Shown here: one piece after another, positions 15,222 through 25,674 of the stretch
Position numbering within the stretch: position 1 is the stretch's first letter
Layout of the letters: every line of letters begins with the position of its first letter
DNA from: a virus
Virus record (IMG/VR): IMGVR_UViG_3300036985_002246
Span: 96,001-160,000 of that record
Strand: one strand, 5' to 3'
DNA length: 64,000 bases
Program-made: the position numbers and the translations under genes
The notes under the pieces: generated by a model
The model's database searches: none
What the model was told of the DNA's origin: nothing
The model's input: only the letters and a program-made list of their open reading frames with translations

Positions 15222-15756
15222 GAGCACTCTCGCGAGTGCCCTCCGCTCTGCCCTCAGCGTCACCGACGCCCACCCCCTCTTCGTCCCCTACGCCTCCTAC
15301 TCGAAGGGTGGTCGGTCGGTCTCAGTCCGCCTCATTGAGGGCTACGCCTTCGTGGCCTCCGGGTTGGTCGAGACGCGGTACTTCTCGCTAGAGCGGGGTC
15401 CGTTCGTGGAGCGGGTCATGTCTGCCAAGGGCGCACACAATATGCGCGTCCTTCAGACCGTCCCGGACGCACGGGTGCGGGCGATGATGGCCCAGTTGAG
15501 AGAGCAGGTAGCCGCCGACCTGGAGGTTGGGGCAGCCGTCAAGATCACGGGCGGGAACTACCTTCACCTGGAGGGGGTGATCGTAGATTTGACCGACGAC
15601 CGGGCTGCCGTTAGGATCCGATTGAGGTCCCTCGACGTGGTTGCGTTCCTCCCCAAGATTTTCATTGACGTGATTGCAGAGGGCGAGGAGGATGACGCAG
15701 GTAAGATTGACGCGCTCGACGTGGCGGTCGGCCCTGAGTTCATCCCGGAGGATTGA
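15169..15756 (+). CDS. NusG/RfaH-family transcription antitermination factor
   Basis: NGN-like WVALE...FVP...LIEGYAFV; KOW VGAAVKITGGNYLHLEGVIV. Confidence 0.75.
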   Translation: MTWVALELTKAGEQKAIESTLASALRSALSVTDAHPLFVPYASYSKGGRSVSVRLIEGYAFVASGLVETRYFSLERGPFVERVMSAKGAHNMRVLQTVPDARVRAMMAQLREQVAADLEVGAAVKITGGNYLHLEGVIVDLTDDRAAVRIRLRSLDVVAFLPKIFIDVIAEGEEDDAGKIDALDVAVGPEFIPED

Positions 15757-15777
15757 GGGGCAATCTGAGGGGGTCCA

Positions 15778-16401
15778 ATGAAGAAGTCCAACCACAGCAC
15801 CGGTAGCCTCAGCAGCTTCCACAGGTCGTCGCTCGACCCGGACGCGGTCTTCTCTGAGGAGGACTCGCTCTCGTTCTTCGGCTCGGTCTTCACGGAGCCT
15901 GACGAGGACGACCTGAAGATGATGGAGAAGGTCCGCACCATGCTCGACCTGCTGCCTCCGGTGGAGGCCGACTTCGTCGAAATGTACTTCTTCCGCCATA
16001 TCAAGCAGACCGACATTGCCTCGATCTTCGGCGTCAGCCAGCCGACGGTCTGCTACCGGCTCTACCGGGCGATCGACCGGATCAAGTTCCTGCTGACCCT
16101 GCCAAAGGTGGACCTCGACGTAATGCGGGCGGACCTCTCGCGGTTCATGTCCGACCCCATGGACATTGACATTATGATGTTCATGTACGAGACGACCTGC
16201 CAATCCGAGTCCGCGAAGCGGCTGAAGGTCAGCCAGGGGCTGGTCCGGCACCGGTTCATTCGGTCGATCAAGAAGATGCAAGCGTTCGAGTCGATGCAGC
16301 TTTACAGCAACATTTTCTCAATGATTGCGAGCAACTTGAACATCATGCGCGAGGTCCGACGGCGGCGGACCTCCTCCCGCATAGATTGCGTGATCGACTG
16401 A
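15778..16401 (+). CDS. Protein with two sigma-70 region-4-like HTH motifs
   Basis: LPPVEADFVEMYFF...QTDIASIFGVSQPTV and QSESAKRLKVSQGLV; no region 2 recognised. Confidence 0.7.
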   Translation: MKKSNHSTGSLSSFHRSSLDPDAVFSEEDSLSFFGSVFTEPDEDDLKMMEKVRTMLDLLPPVEADFVEMYFFRHIKQTDIASIFGVSQPTVCYRLYRAIDRIKFLLTLPKVDLDVMRADLSRFMSDPMDIDIMMFMYETTCQSESAKRLKVSQGLVRHRFIRSIKKMQAFESMQLYSNIFSMIASNLNIMREVRRRRTSSRIDCVID

Positions 16402-16449
16402 CCCGGACGTTTTCCGCCCTATCCCTCGCAACGTGGGAGGGCTATCTGC

Positions 16450-16767
16450 GTGAAGTCTGAGGTCCGAATCGCCATGGTCCACACGGTCGCGAACCGGTGG
16501 CTCAACGAGGTCTCCCGTCAGGAGTACCGCTTCGCCGTCTTCCCAGGGTCTGGGAAGACAGAGGTGGACGTGCGCCTCCTCGCTGGGTGCCTTCGGTCGT
16601 GGAGGGACGGCAAGACGCGGATCGCGACCGTGAGCCCGATCCAGGACCTCGGGGTGAGCGAGTCCACCAACAACTCGATCGAGGTCTGGTCAACGGACTG
16701 CGACGGGCTCCGGAAGCTGTCCGCGTGGATGGAATCACGCGGCTTCGAGACGAACTTCATCTGGTAA
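16450..16767 (+). CDS. Hypothetical protein (N-terminal TVANRWL motif)
   Basis: GGAGG upstream; first gene after the regulator pair. Confidence 0.6.
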   Translation: MKSEVRIAMVHTVANRWLNEVSRQEYRFAVFPGSGKTEVDVRLLAGCLRSWRDGKTRIATVSPIQDLGVSESTNNSIEVWSTDCDGLRKLSAWMESRGFETNFIW

Positions 16768-16776
16768 CCCCACGGC

Positions 16777-17205
16777 ATGGCACTCGAACGAGCCACTTTT
16801 GACTTCACCTACCGCTCCGGCTCAGCCGGGACGTACTACTACTTCACGATCTCGCAGGACCAGGCAGGCCGGATCTCCCTCAAGAATATCCAGACCCCCA
16901 CCGGTCGGATCATTGACTCCCAGACCGGCGTCCCCCAATCGGTCGTGGACGACATTGACCTCGCTATCCAGCAAGTGGAGAACTTCGTGGCCCAGACGAG
17001 CGCAGTGAACGGAAACCTCGCCTTCGTGGCCCAGACGAGCCTGAACGTCGCCTTCGCCGTCCCGTTCGCCGGGACGAACTACCGCGTCCAGCTTTCCCTC
17101 GCCGACTTCATTCCCGCTCGCGTGGTCAACAAGACCACGACCGGCTTCACCGTGGAGGTCGGGGTGACCTACACCGGGACCGTCGGGTACGACGTGTTCG
17201 TGTGA
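16777..17205 (+). CDS. Hypothetical virion-associated beta-rich protein
   Basis: C-terminal domain resembles the end of 17645-18832; 19-nt internal duplication. Confidence 0.6.
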   Translation: MALERATFDFTYRSGSAGTYYYFTISQDQAGRISLKNIQTPTGRIIDSQTGVPQSVVDDIDLAIQQVENFVAQTSAVNGNLAFVAQTSLNVAFAVPFAGTNYRVQLSLADFIPARVVNKTTTGFTVEVGVTYTGTVGYDVFV

Positions 17206-17648
17206 CCCCTATGGACCTGACCTTCACATTCTTCCGGGGCTCAGTGATCGTCTCCTCACCTGTTGGTGAGGAGGCACAGGAGGTCGTCCATGCCGACATT
17301 CCCTCCATGGCTCGGGAGCTTGGCAAGCACCTGAGGTACCTCGTCGTCCCGACGAATGTCCCCAAGCCCAAGGGGACCAAGGGCTTCAGCTTCCACTGGT
17401 CAAATGCTCAGAGGGCATGGGACGTGATCCCTGCCAACGACCCCACCTGGCGAACCGACGGGGCAGAGTTCCTGGTGTACTTCACGAAGAGCGCCCTGTC
17501 CCCGCTCAAGAAGCCCTGGTCGCTCAAGGAAATGGAGTACGTCGCAATGTCGCTCCCGGAGCACCCTGGGTTCGCCCAATCGTTTGAGGCGTCCAGGGTT
17601 GCGAGTGTGGCCCGCGTCGCTGCGAAGTACCTCGGGAGGTCGCTGTGA
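17202..17648 (+). CDS. Hypothetical protein (C-terminal RVAAKYL motif)
   Basis: GTGA overlaps on both sides. Confidence 0.6.
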   Translation: MTPMDLTFTFFRGSVIVSSPVGEEAQEVVHADIPSMARELGKHLRYLVVPTNVPKPKGTKGFSFHWSNAQRAWDVIPANDPTWRTDGAEFLVYFTKSALSPLKKPWSLKEMEYVAMSLPEHPGFAQSFEASRVASVARVAAKYLGRSL

Positions 17649-18832
17649 CCCAGGCTCCCTTCCAGGCGGACGCCCTTCAGGTCGAGCCGGGCTCTGGGCA
17701 GACGCTCAAGGTCACGAGGGACGCGGCTACGGGCTCCCTGCGGTTCTGGGACGCCATGATCCCGCTGGGGATCAACCTCTCGGACCTTGCGAGCCTCAAC
17801 GCGATCACGGGCGTCCTCGTGGTCGGGCGGGCGGGGTCAGGGGCCAAGTACCTGACGATCCAGTCCGCGATCAACGCGATCCCGTCCACGGCGAGCGTGA
17901 CGAACCCGTACATGATCCTGTGCTTTCCGGGGATCTACCTGGAGAACCTGGTCATTGACAAGGACGGCGTGTCGATCGTCGGGGTCGGACCGGCCTCGAT
18001 CGTCGCCGTCTCGTCCACCCCGACGGTCACGATCCGAGCGGGCCTCCTGACGACGCCGCTCACGACCCTCTTCCAGGGCATGAAGATCCAGACCTCGTTC
18101 GCGGGCCTGGAGTGCGTGCTGGTTCAGGGTGGGCCGGGTTCTGCTGTCGCCAACGGCGGGATCGTCTTCAAGGACTGCAACCTCGCGGCGCTCGGGGCGG
18201 GCGGCTACACCGTCCGGGCGGACACCGTGAACTCGGTGGCCCTCTACAACTGCCGCACGGACGAGAGCGTGCCTACCGCCACGCAGAAGGTCACCCAGTG
18301 CGCGTCCTACCTCGTGTCGGGCGGCACCGTCCCCCCGACGCAGTTGGACTACGACACGGCGCTGCCACCCCCAGCAACGGCAGGGTCCACCTACTCGATC
18401 GAGGACGGTCGGACGGTCGGGGTGGTGCTCTCGACCCTGACGAACGCAGGCTCACTGAAGATCCTGAACTGCCTTTCAGTGGGTAACGTCACTCTCAATG
18501 GGAACCGCACGGGGCTCATTCAGTCCTCGACGGTCGGGAACCTCTCAATCGGAGGCACCTCGGCCATGACCCTCGTGTCCTCGAAGCGCGGGACAGCGGC
18601 TGGGACCGGGACCCTGAACGAGTCCGGGGTCACCGGGTCAGTGGACTTCGTGGCGAGCCTCTCGGAGGTCGTGACCTTCCCGGTCCCCCGGCCCAACGCC
18701 AACTACGCGGTGTTCCTCGACACAGGGGTCGCGGCGGCCTCCGCAGTCACCCTGAAGACGGCTGCCGGGTTCACGATCGCGTTCGGGGCTATACAGACCA
18801 CAACGGTGTACTGGACAATTTCGGGGACGTGA
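17645..18832 (+). CDS. Fibre/spike-like protein with pectin-lyase-like beta-helix start motif
   Basis: YLTIQSAINAI...PYMILCFPGIYLE; Thr/Gly/Val-rich. Confidence 0.55.
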   Translation: MTQAPFQADALQVEPGSGQTLKVTRDAATGSLRFWDAMIPLGINLSDLASLNAITGVLVVGRAGSGAKYLTIQSAINAIPSTASVTNPYMILCFPGIYLENLVIDKDGVSIVGVGPASIVAVSSTPTVTIRAGLLTTPLTTLFQGMKIQTSFAGLECVLVQGGPGSAVANGGIVFKDCNLAALGAGGYTVRADTVNSVALYNCRTDESVPTATQKVTQCASYLVSGGTVPPTQLDYDTALPPPATAGSTYSIEDGRTVGVVLSTLTNAGSLKILNCLSVGNVTLNGNRTGLIQSSTVGNLSIGGTSAMTLVSSKRGTAAGTGTLNESGVTGSVDFVASLSEVVTFPVPRPNANYAVFLDTGVAAASAVTLKTAAGFTIAFGAIQTTTVYWTISGT

Positions 18833-18839
18833 GGCTGAA

Positions 18840-19379
18840 GTGACTGACTTCTGGGACGAACTGACGCTCGGTATGCACAAGGAGGCTTCGCCTCTGGACC
18901 GCCACCTTGGCAGTCGTGTGCCCGCTGAGGGTGTTCGCAGCCTCACGGACAAGTTCCGGGCGGCCAACGCTCTGTCCCTGTCCCTGGCGGCTGGCACGAG
19001 GGTCACCTTCGCGAACAACCTCGGGGCAGTCCTCTCGTACCCGAACCCCCCAGACGGTGGGTCTGAGGGCACGATCGTCACCGTCCGGTGCGCGGCTGGG
19101 GACACGACCCACATGGACGGTCTCGTGTTCATGAAGTGGGACAGCGGGGCGTTCCTGCCGGTTCACCACGAGCACCTCCGACGCGCCTCGGACCGACGGA
19201 CGGCCTCCGCCTACACGATCCGAACCGCCTCCCTCGGCGACCTCACCGACTTCATGAAGTCGGCTGGTGACGACCTGATCCACAAGTCCACCAAGGACCT
19301 GTGGGCCGTGAAGCACGTCGGGAACGAGTACGTCATTGAGCGTCTCTTCGACGAGACCGGGACTCCGCTGAAGGTATGA
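18840..19379 (+). CDS. Hypothetical protein (putative head protein)
   Basis: Tiles the operon; KEAS/RTAS motifs. Confidence 0.6.
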   Translation: MTDFWDELTLGMHKEASPLDRHLGSRVPAEGVRSLTDKFRAANALSLSLAAGTRVTFANNLGAVLSYPNPPDGGSEGTIVTVRCAAGDTTHMDGLVFMKWDSGAFLPVHHEHLRRASDRRTASAYTIRTASLGDLTDFMKSAGDDLIHKSTKDLWAVKHVGNEYVIERLFDETGTPLKV

Positions 19380-19966
19380 CCAACAAGCGCAACGCCAGTG
19401 CTGAGCGGGTAGCCCGACGTGCAATGATCCGCACGGCGGGCGAGGTCCGTTTCATCAAGGACAAGTCCAACGACGCCTCCCAGTGGGCGTGGAACGACTC
19501 GGGTCCGCAGGAGCGGAAGATCAACCCGGACTTCGCCTTCAACCCGAAGAACACGAAGCCGCTTGCGAAGGTCATGCGCTCCACGAACGCGGCGCTCGGG
19601 CACGCCATGGCGGCCTACGGGGTCTTCACGAAGCTCAAGTCGGCGGACATTTCCCCCGACGGTGCCCTCGGCGGCAAGGGCTACATTCAGAAGATCGCCG
19701 AAATGCGTCGGGCGTACATGAACCTCGTCGAGGCTCTGTCGGCGCTCTCGGACACGCTCTACGACGAGATCCGGGCTCCCCACTGGGCCGCAGTCTCCCG
19801 CCAGGAAGACCCTGAGGAGCGGGAGGAGGTCGAGCAGATCGTCGAGGACGCTCTCGACATAAAGTCCGACCCCGAAGGCTGGGCCGAAGACCAAGAAGAG
19901 CAAATGGACGAGGACAGCGCGATCCTCACCAAGCGAGCGTCGCTCAGGCGCAACAGGGGTCGATGA
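19376..19966 (+). CDS. Hypothetical protein (putative head protein)
   Basis: ATGA overlap; ERVARR...RTA leader. Confidence 0.65.
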   Translation: MTNKRNASAERVARRAMIRTAGEVRFIKDKSNDASQWAWNDSGPQERKINPDFAFNPKNTKPLAKVMRSTNAALGHAMAAYGVFTKLKSADISPDGALGGKGYIQKIAEMRRAYMNLVEALSALSDTLYDEIRAPHWAAVSRQEDPEEREEVEQIVEDALDIKSDPEGWAEDQEEQMDEDSAILTKRASLRRNRGR

Positions 19967-22155
19967 TGGCGAAGTCTTCACAGATGCCGGACGGCGGGTA
20001 CGACCCCCAGCTTGGCTCGAACTACATGATGGACGGGTTCGACTTCGACTCCGAGTACGGGGAAGGCGTGGACTCGGCTCGCAAGGACCCAAGCCCTGAG
20101 CTTCCTCGTTCGACTCGCGGCCTCGCAGCCCTTCCGGACGGCCTCATGGGCGTGGACCCAGGTGAGGAGTTCGACTTCTCGATCGTCGAGGGCGGGGACG
20201 AGCACGGTCTCGGGAACCTCGGGGAAATGTTCAAGGAGGCTGCGCCTCTCATGGACCTCAACTGGCTTGAGAGCGCCACGCAGGACCCTGAGCGGCTCCC
20301 TGAAGCCGTGAACCCGATCGAGCACAGCCTCAGCGACCTCTACCACCAGACGGAGTTCTCGGACGTTCCTGGGTCCGGCACACGCGCCGAACTGGAGCAG
20401 GCTTGGGGCGTGGACCGCCGCACCGACGGCCAGAACCTCGTCCCGAACGTGGAGTACCCACGCCCCGCCAAGCCCCTGACCTCGGCTCTCCCTGGAACGG
20501 ACCAGTGGCGTGCGGTCGTGGCCCACGCAATGCGGAAGTCGGCTTTCGGGGACGACCTCGACGGAGTCCTTCGTGAGGTCGTCGCGTTCCTCGGACCCGA
20601 CCTTTTGAGGGTTCAGGAGTCCCCTGAGTTCGCAAAGTTTGCCTCGGCCATTCGGTCGATCCGTGCTGAGCATGGCCTGGTCGGCAACGTGTACGTCCGT
20701 GACTCGGCCTTCCCTGGAATCCTCTCCGGGAAGTGGGACGCGGCGATCAAGCGTCGCTGTGCCTCGGCAGCGTACTTCCTGACGACGCCAGGCTCGAAGC
20801 TCGCGGCCTACGAGAACTACCTCGGCAAGAAGGTCGTGACCTCGGTCCCGTGGGGTGAGGCGCTCAACCACTACCGTCCAATCATTGAGGCGGGTGGCAA
20901 GCGGCTCGCTTCGGGGAGCCCTCAGCAGGTTCTTCAGGCGGCGTTCACCCAGCACGTCGCCAAGGTCCGGGCTGCAACGAACTTCCCGACCCACGAGGTT
21001 CCGACGGTCTCTGGTGTGGAGGCCCGCAAGGCGTTCGCAGAGGCACCAGCAACGACACGCGAGGTGGTCGCCCGGAACGAGCGGGTCAGCCTGGTGAAGC
21101 GGGCCGACGCTCGGCTGGAGCGGTGGGTGCGTGCAGGTCTGCTCACGGCGCTTCGGGTGAACCAGTTGCGGGCGCAGATCGGCGACCCGCACGACCTGCT
21201 TCGGACTGCGGCCCTGGAGATCTCCCCGGCGAAGCGTGCCGAGTACCTCGGGTCAGGCGTTGGTGCGAAGACCCGTGATTCGAGCACCAAGCGAGACGCA
21301 GCCTGGGCCTCGGGCAAGAACGCAGAGATCCAGAAGGCTTCGCTCGACCGGGCGAAGGTGACGATCGCCAAGCTCGTGAAGTCCGGCAGCCTCACCCCTG
21401 AGGAGGCTGGGCAACTGCTGACGAGTGGTCTGGAGCCGGAGATTCTGCTCCACAAGGCGACGGAGCTTGCCACCGCCCCCAAGGTCGCAATGCTCGCCAA
21501 GACCCCGGAGAAGTCCTACTCCGGCCCTGTCTACAAGACGGCCCTGACCTCGAAGCGCGCCCAGGACCTGACCCCCGTGCTCCCGCTGGAGGTCCGCAGG
21601 CTTCTTCGCTGGGCCTCGGTGCAAATGAGCGAGGGCATGGCGGGCAAGGACCTGGACTATATGCTGTCGGCCAGGTTCTCGGACGGCCTCCGCAAGCAGG
21701 CAGACGCACCTCTCACTCAGCTTCGCAAGAAGCACGAGGGGCTCGCGGGTCACCTGTACGTCGAGGCCAGCGCCTACGCGAGCCCGGCAGGGACAGACGG
21801 GTGCGAGAAGGGTGCGCTCATTCACCGGGCCAACCAGCTTCGCTCGGTCCTCGCCATGGACCGCTGCGCTACCTGCACCTCGAACGTCGGGAACCACTGC
21901 CAGAAGTACAGCAAGGCGATCGTGGACGCCGTTCCCGAGAAGCAGGCAGCCAAGTACCAGGCGGAAATGATCCGCCTCGCGAACTCGGACGACTCGGAGC
22001 GCACAGCCTCGCTCTTCGCCCCCTCCTTCGACGAGGGTGAGTACGAGCTTCAGAACGACAACCTCGACGACATTGAGTTCAGCAACGCCCCTCCGGTCGA
22101 AGACCTCGGTGGGATCCTCTTCGAGGGGCTGATTCTCGACACCGACGAGGAGTGA
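19963..22155 (+). CDS. Large hypothetical protein with acidic termini and Cys cluster
   Basis: 730 aa; strong GC3 bias; CEKG...CATC...HCQKY. Confidence 0.7.
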   Translation: MMAKSSQMPDGGYDPQLGSNYMMDGFDFDSEYGEGVDSARKDPSPELPRSTRGLAALPDGLMGVDPGEEFDFSIVEGGDEHGLGNLGEMFKEAAPLMDLNWLESATQDPERLPEAVNPIEHSLSDLYHQTEFSDVPGSGTRAELEQAWGVDRRTDGQNLVPNVEYPRPAKPLTSALPGTDQWRAVVAHAMRKSAFGDDLDGVLREVVAFLGPDLLRVQESPEFAKFASAIRSIRAEHGLVGNVYVRDSAFPGILSGKWDAAIKRRCASAAYFLTTPGSKLAAYENYLGKKVVTSVPWGEALNHYRPIIEAGGKRLASGSPQQVLQAAFTQHVAKVRAATNFPTHEVPTVSGVEARKAFAEAPATTREVVARNERVSLVKRADARLERWVRAGLLTALRVNQLRAQIGDPHDLLRTAALEISPAKRAEYLGSGVGAKTRDSSTKRDAAWASGKNAEIQKASLDRAKVTIAKLVKSGSLTPEEAGQLLTSGLEPEILLHKATELATAPKVAMLAKTPEKSYSGPVYKTALTSKRAQDLTPVLPLEVRRLLRWASVQMSEGMAGKDLDYMLSARFSDGLRKQADAPLTQLRKKHEGLAGHLYVEASAYASPAGTDGCEKGALIHRANQLRSVLAMDRCATCTSNVGNHCQKYSKAIVDAVPEKQAAKYQAEMIRLANSDDSERTASLFAPSFDEGEYELQNDNLDDIEFSNAPPVEDLGGILFEGLILDTDEE

Positions 22156-22159
22156 CCCC

Positions 22160-22786
22160 ATGAACCCCAGCACCCCCCGGAAGTTCAACATTCTCGTTGC
22201 CGCCCTCAAGACACCCTCTGACCCAAGCAGAGGGCCGAGCGGCAACCCGACCGTCTCCCGCACGGGGTTCACGCTTCAGCAGGTGGTTCTGCCGAACGGG
22301 ACGACCCGCATTGGCGGACCCACCGCCGTCATTCCGCCCCCGAGCGCCCTCGCCCACACGGCAGCAATTGTGTGCGGAAACGGGGAGTACTGGGACCCCA
22401 GTGTGACAGTGCCTGGGCCGTTCTACTACGAGGAGGAGGTCTCCCTCTTCGACCAGTACGTCACGGCCAGCGCAAACTTCGGCATCGGCATGGGCTCAGG
22501 CACCGGACCCGCCGCCGCGATTGCGACCTCGCTCGCCACCTCGCTCGGGTCTTACCCGGACATTGACGCCCTCGCTGTTGGCAGCACCGTCTACGTCACG
22601 TCCTTCCGCCCTGAAGCCACCCTCCCGATCAAGGCGACTGCCGACGAGTCCGCCACCTTCGGGGCTCCCCCCTTCCTGGTGTATGGTCCTGGTGGTGTTC
22701 TGCTGTCCGTTGGGCCAGAATACCGGCAGACGTTCTTCGTGACGAAGACCAACAAGACACAGACGCCTCCTGTCTCTCTCCCGTGA
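22160..22786 (+). CDS. Hypothetical protein
   Basis: Tiles the operon. Confidence 0.6.
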   Translation: MNPSTPRKFNILVAALKTPSDPSRGPSGNPTVSRTGFTLQQVVLPNGTTRIGGPTAVIPPPSALAHTAAIVCGNGEYWDPSVTVPGPFYYEEEVSLFDQYVTASANFGIGMGSGTGPAAAIATSLATSLGSYPDIDALAVGSTVYVTSFRPEATLPIKATADESATFGAPPFLVYGPGGVLLSVGPEYRQTFFVTKTNKTQTPPVSLP

Positions 22787-23544
22787 AGAGGTGGGGGCTG
22801 AACACGGCGGGGTTCAGAATGAGCAGCAGAGAGCTAGACGGTCTGGACGCTTCAAGCGGCACAGAGGTCGAGAACGACCCCGCAGTCGCCCGGATCATCA
22901 AAGGCTTCGTCGCCCCTGAGGGGGCGCTTCGAGTTCGAGTAGCAGACGAGAAGGGCAAGGTCTGCTGGCGCAGAATCGACGAGGTCCGTGCCACGGACGC
23001 GATCAATCTGACCACGCAGGGCCAGCCCCAGTGGATGTTCAACCCCGTGGGCCGCCCCCGTCAGAAGAACCTCGCGGAGGTTGCCCCTCCGGTCAACCAA
23101 CTCGTCGGGGACCTCCTGCTGATCAAGCAGGCCAACCTCCGGTCGGACCCGGTGATCCTCGCAGCAGAGGCCACACCTGAGTCGGCGGAGGTCCTCAATC
23201 AGGTGCTCCTTGCAATTGCGGAGGAGGCCGCCTCAATCCGGTTCGAGCGTCAGGAGGCCGAGCGCAACGGGGAGGAGACCTCCTCCCTCTCAATGCGCCG
23301 GGTCATGGCACTCAAGGCGATCGGCGACACCTGGATCAAGCGCAAGGAGCAGATCCAGCACGCCGCCGTGGACATGGACAGCGCCGCCTTCCAGGAACTC
23401 TTCAAGTTTATCAGCGAGACGTTCTCCCGCGCAATGACCGCAGCGGGCGTCCGCCAGGAACTGATCGACGCGGTCTTCTCGCAGTTCTCGAAAATGCTCG
23501 ACGACGAGTGGAAGCGCGAAGCCAACACCAGAATGACGGAGTGA
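22783..23544 (+). CDS. Hypothetical helical protein, possible small terminase
   Basis: Immediately upstream of TerL; function from position only. Confidence 0.45.
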   Translation: MKRWGLNTAGFRMSSRELDGLDASSGTEVENDPAVARIIKGFVAPEGALRVRVADEKGKVCWRRIDEVRATDAINLTTQGQPQWMFNPVGRPRQKNLAEVAPPVNQLVGDLLLIKQANLRSDPVILAAEATPESAEVLNQVLLAIAEEAASIRFERQEAERNGEETSSLSMRRVMALKAIGDTWIKRKEQIQHAAVDMDSAAFQELFKFISETFSRAMTAAGVRQELIDAVFSQFSKMLDDEWKREANTRMTE

Positions 23545-23550
23545 TCCGTC

Positions 23551-25392
23551 GTGAGTCTGGGCAACCTAGCGATCTCGGGAGCACGAGCGGCTTCCCCTAG
23601 CTCGGCAAGTCGGGCCGTCGCCTCGATCACCGAGTTCATTGAGGAGCCCTGGGGGCTCCAAATGAAGCTCTTTCCGGTCCAGAAGGTGATCCTCAAGGCT
23701 CACTACGGGATCGAGCTAGACGACAAGACCCCGTTCCAGATCTCGGATTGGCGTCGGCAGAAGTTCATGTCGATGACCGAGAAGCAGTACCTGGAGTACC
23801 TCTTCAACGAGGGCCGGGCGAATATCAAGGAGGTCGTCCCCGGAGAGGACCGACGGGAAATGATCCTGTCGATCGGACGCCGAAGCGGCAAGACCACCCT
23901 GTCTGCCTGTGTCTCAGCCTACGAGACGTACAAGCTGATCAGCAAGGGCGACCCGCAGGGGTATTACGGCCTCCCGGCCTCGAACATGATCCAGTTGATC
24001 TCTGTCGCCACGGACAAGGACCAGGCTGGACTGCTCTACCAGGAGGTCTCCGGGCACTACAGAGGGTGCCCCTTCTTTGCCCCCTACATGGCGAACAACA
24101 CCATGTCCTATGCGCGCTTCCAGACGCCGAAGGACGTGGAAAAGTACGGGCAGTTCTCCGAGAACCCAGACGCGAAGGCGACGATCAAGGTCACGTTCCG
24201 GTCCTGTATCGCCAAGGGCTTGCGCGGTGCCGGTAACGTCGTCGTCATTCTCGACGAGGTCGCCCACTTCACCGACGCTGGGCAGTCGTCGGCGGACGCC
24301 GTGTACAACGCCGTCGTCCCGTCTACCTCAGCCTTCTCGCCGAAGGACCCCAAGGACGTTCGGATCCCCACCGGGCCGGTCGAGGCCCGCGTCATTCTGA
24401 TCTCGTCCCCGTTGGGGCGGCAGGGGCTGTTCTACAAGTTGTTCCAAATGGGCATGGGCGGAGGCAGCGTCTCCGCCAACATGCTGTGCATTCAAGCGCC
24501 CTCCTGGGAGGTGAACCCGACGATCCCCGCCTCGGAGTTCGAGAAGCACTACCTGAAGGACCCAGGCGTCTTCTTCACGGAGTACGGCGGCGAGTTCACC
24601 GACCGCACGAGGGGTTGGATTGAGCGCGAGGAGGACGTTGTCGCCTGTATCGACAAGAACCTCCGCCCTCTGATCCGTGGTATCCCACGCCGCCCCCACT
24701 TCCTCGGATTGGACTTGGGCCTCGTCGGCGACGGCACAGCTATCGCCATTGGCCACATTGACGAGACCGGGAAGATCCAAGCCGACCTGATCGACCAGGT
24801 CAAGGCGGGCGAGGGCAAGTACGTGGACAAGGAGCGTCTCGACTTCGACGACGTGGCCAACTGGATCAAGGAACTGAGCGAGCGGTTCTACATTGCGGAG
24901 GGCATTTTCGACCAGTGGGCAGGCATTCCCCTGGAGCAGGCGCTCGTGAAGCGTGGGCTCCAGCAAATGAAGGCCGTGCAAATGACGAAGGTGCTGACCT
25001 CGCAAATGTTCCAGAATTTCAAGGACATGCTCTGGGACAAGAAGCTCCTGCTCTACGACTTCCCCGTGGCCCCGCACGAGAGCCACTGCGGCTATATCAA
25101 GGAGCTTCTGGAGCTTCAGGCCCGCTACCACTCGAAGTACATAACCACCGTCGAGGCCCCCAATGTCGAGGGGAAGCACGACGACTTGTCCGACGCCCTG
25201 ATCCGAATGGTCTGGGTCGCCTCCAACCGACTCAGCAAGCAGCCACATATCGCCCGGTCAGGAATGTCCCTGAGCGGACAGGGCGGCCCGTTTGGTTCGC
25301 CTATGGGGACCGCTCGTAGAAGGCTCCACCAGAGTGGAAGCCACGAGTCGAGAATGGTCCCCAGGGGTCCGTCGAGAAGGCCAACACGGTGA
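23551..25392 (+). CDS. terL: Terminase large subunit
   Basis: Walker A GRRSGKT; Walker B VILDE; ISSP coupling motif; nuclease LGLDLG...D, HDDLSDAL. Confidence 0.9.
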   Translation: MSLGNLAISGARAASPSSASRAVASITEFIEEPWGLQMKLFPVQKVILKAHYGIELDDKTPFQISDWRRQKFMSMTEKQYLEYLFNEGRANIKEVVPGEDRREMILSIGRRSGKTTLSACVSAYETYKLISKGDPQGYYGLPASNMIQLISVATDKDQAGLLYQEVSGHYRGCPFFAPYMANNTMSYARFQTPKDVEKYGQFSENPDAKATIKVTFRSCIAKGLRGAGNVVVILDEVAHFTDAGQSSADAVYNAVVPSTSAFSPKDPKDVRIPTGPVEARVILISSPLGRQGLFYKLFQMGMGGGSVSANMLCIQAPSWEVNPTIPASEFEKHYLKDPGVFFTEYGGEFTDRTRGWIEREEDVVACIDKNLRPLIRGIPRRPHFLGLDLGLVGDGTAIAIGHIDETGKIQADLIDQVKAGEGKYVDKERLDFDDVANWIKELSERFYIAEGIFDQWAGIPLEQALVKRGLQQMKAVQMTKVLTSQMFQNFKDMLWDKKLLLYDFPVAPHESHCGYIKELLELQARYHSKYITTVEAPNVEGKHDDLSDALIRMVWVASNRLSKQPHIARSGMSLSGQGGPFGSPMGTARRRLHQSGSHESRMVPRGPSRRPTR

Positions 25393-25652
25393 GTACACGA
25401 AACGCCAAGAGCGACCCGCTCAAGCCTTCGAGGGCAGACTACCGGATCCTGAAGAAGATCCTGGAGTCCTCCTCGATTGAGGTGGTCCACGTCCCCGCCG
25501 AGTACGACCTGGTTCTCGCTGTCTTCGAGAAGGCAGGCGGGAACTGGGAGCGCCTCTTCGACGGCTCCGCGAACGACCTCCACCTCCTCAAGAGGGTCGC
25601 GAAGCTCGCCTACAAGCACGAGTACCTGACCCATGCCCCTGCGTGGGATTGA
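25389..25652 (+). CDS. Hypothetical protein
   Basis: GTGA overlap with TerL. Confidence 0.55.
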   Translation: MSTRNAKSDPLKPSRADYRILKKILESSSIEVVHVPAEYDLVLAVFEKAGGNWERLFDGSANDLHLLKRVAKLAYKHEYLTHAPAWD

Positions 25653-25674
25653 ACTGCGGTAAGGTTCAGAGCAC

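Noticed and set aside
16983-17040. 19-nt direct repeat as a DGR or recombination site
   Set aside because: Exact in-frame internal duplication (FVAQTS twice); no adenine-specific variation and no reverse transcriptase.
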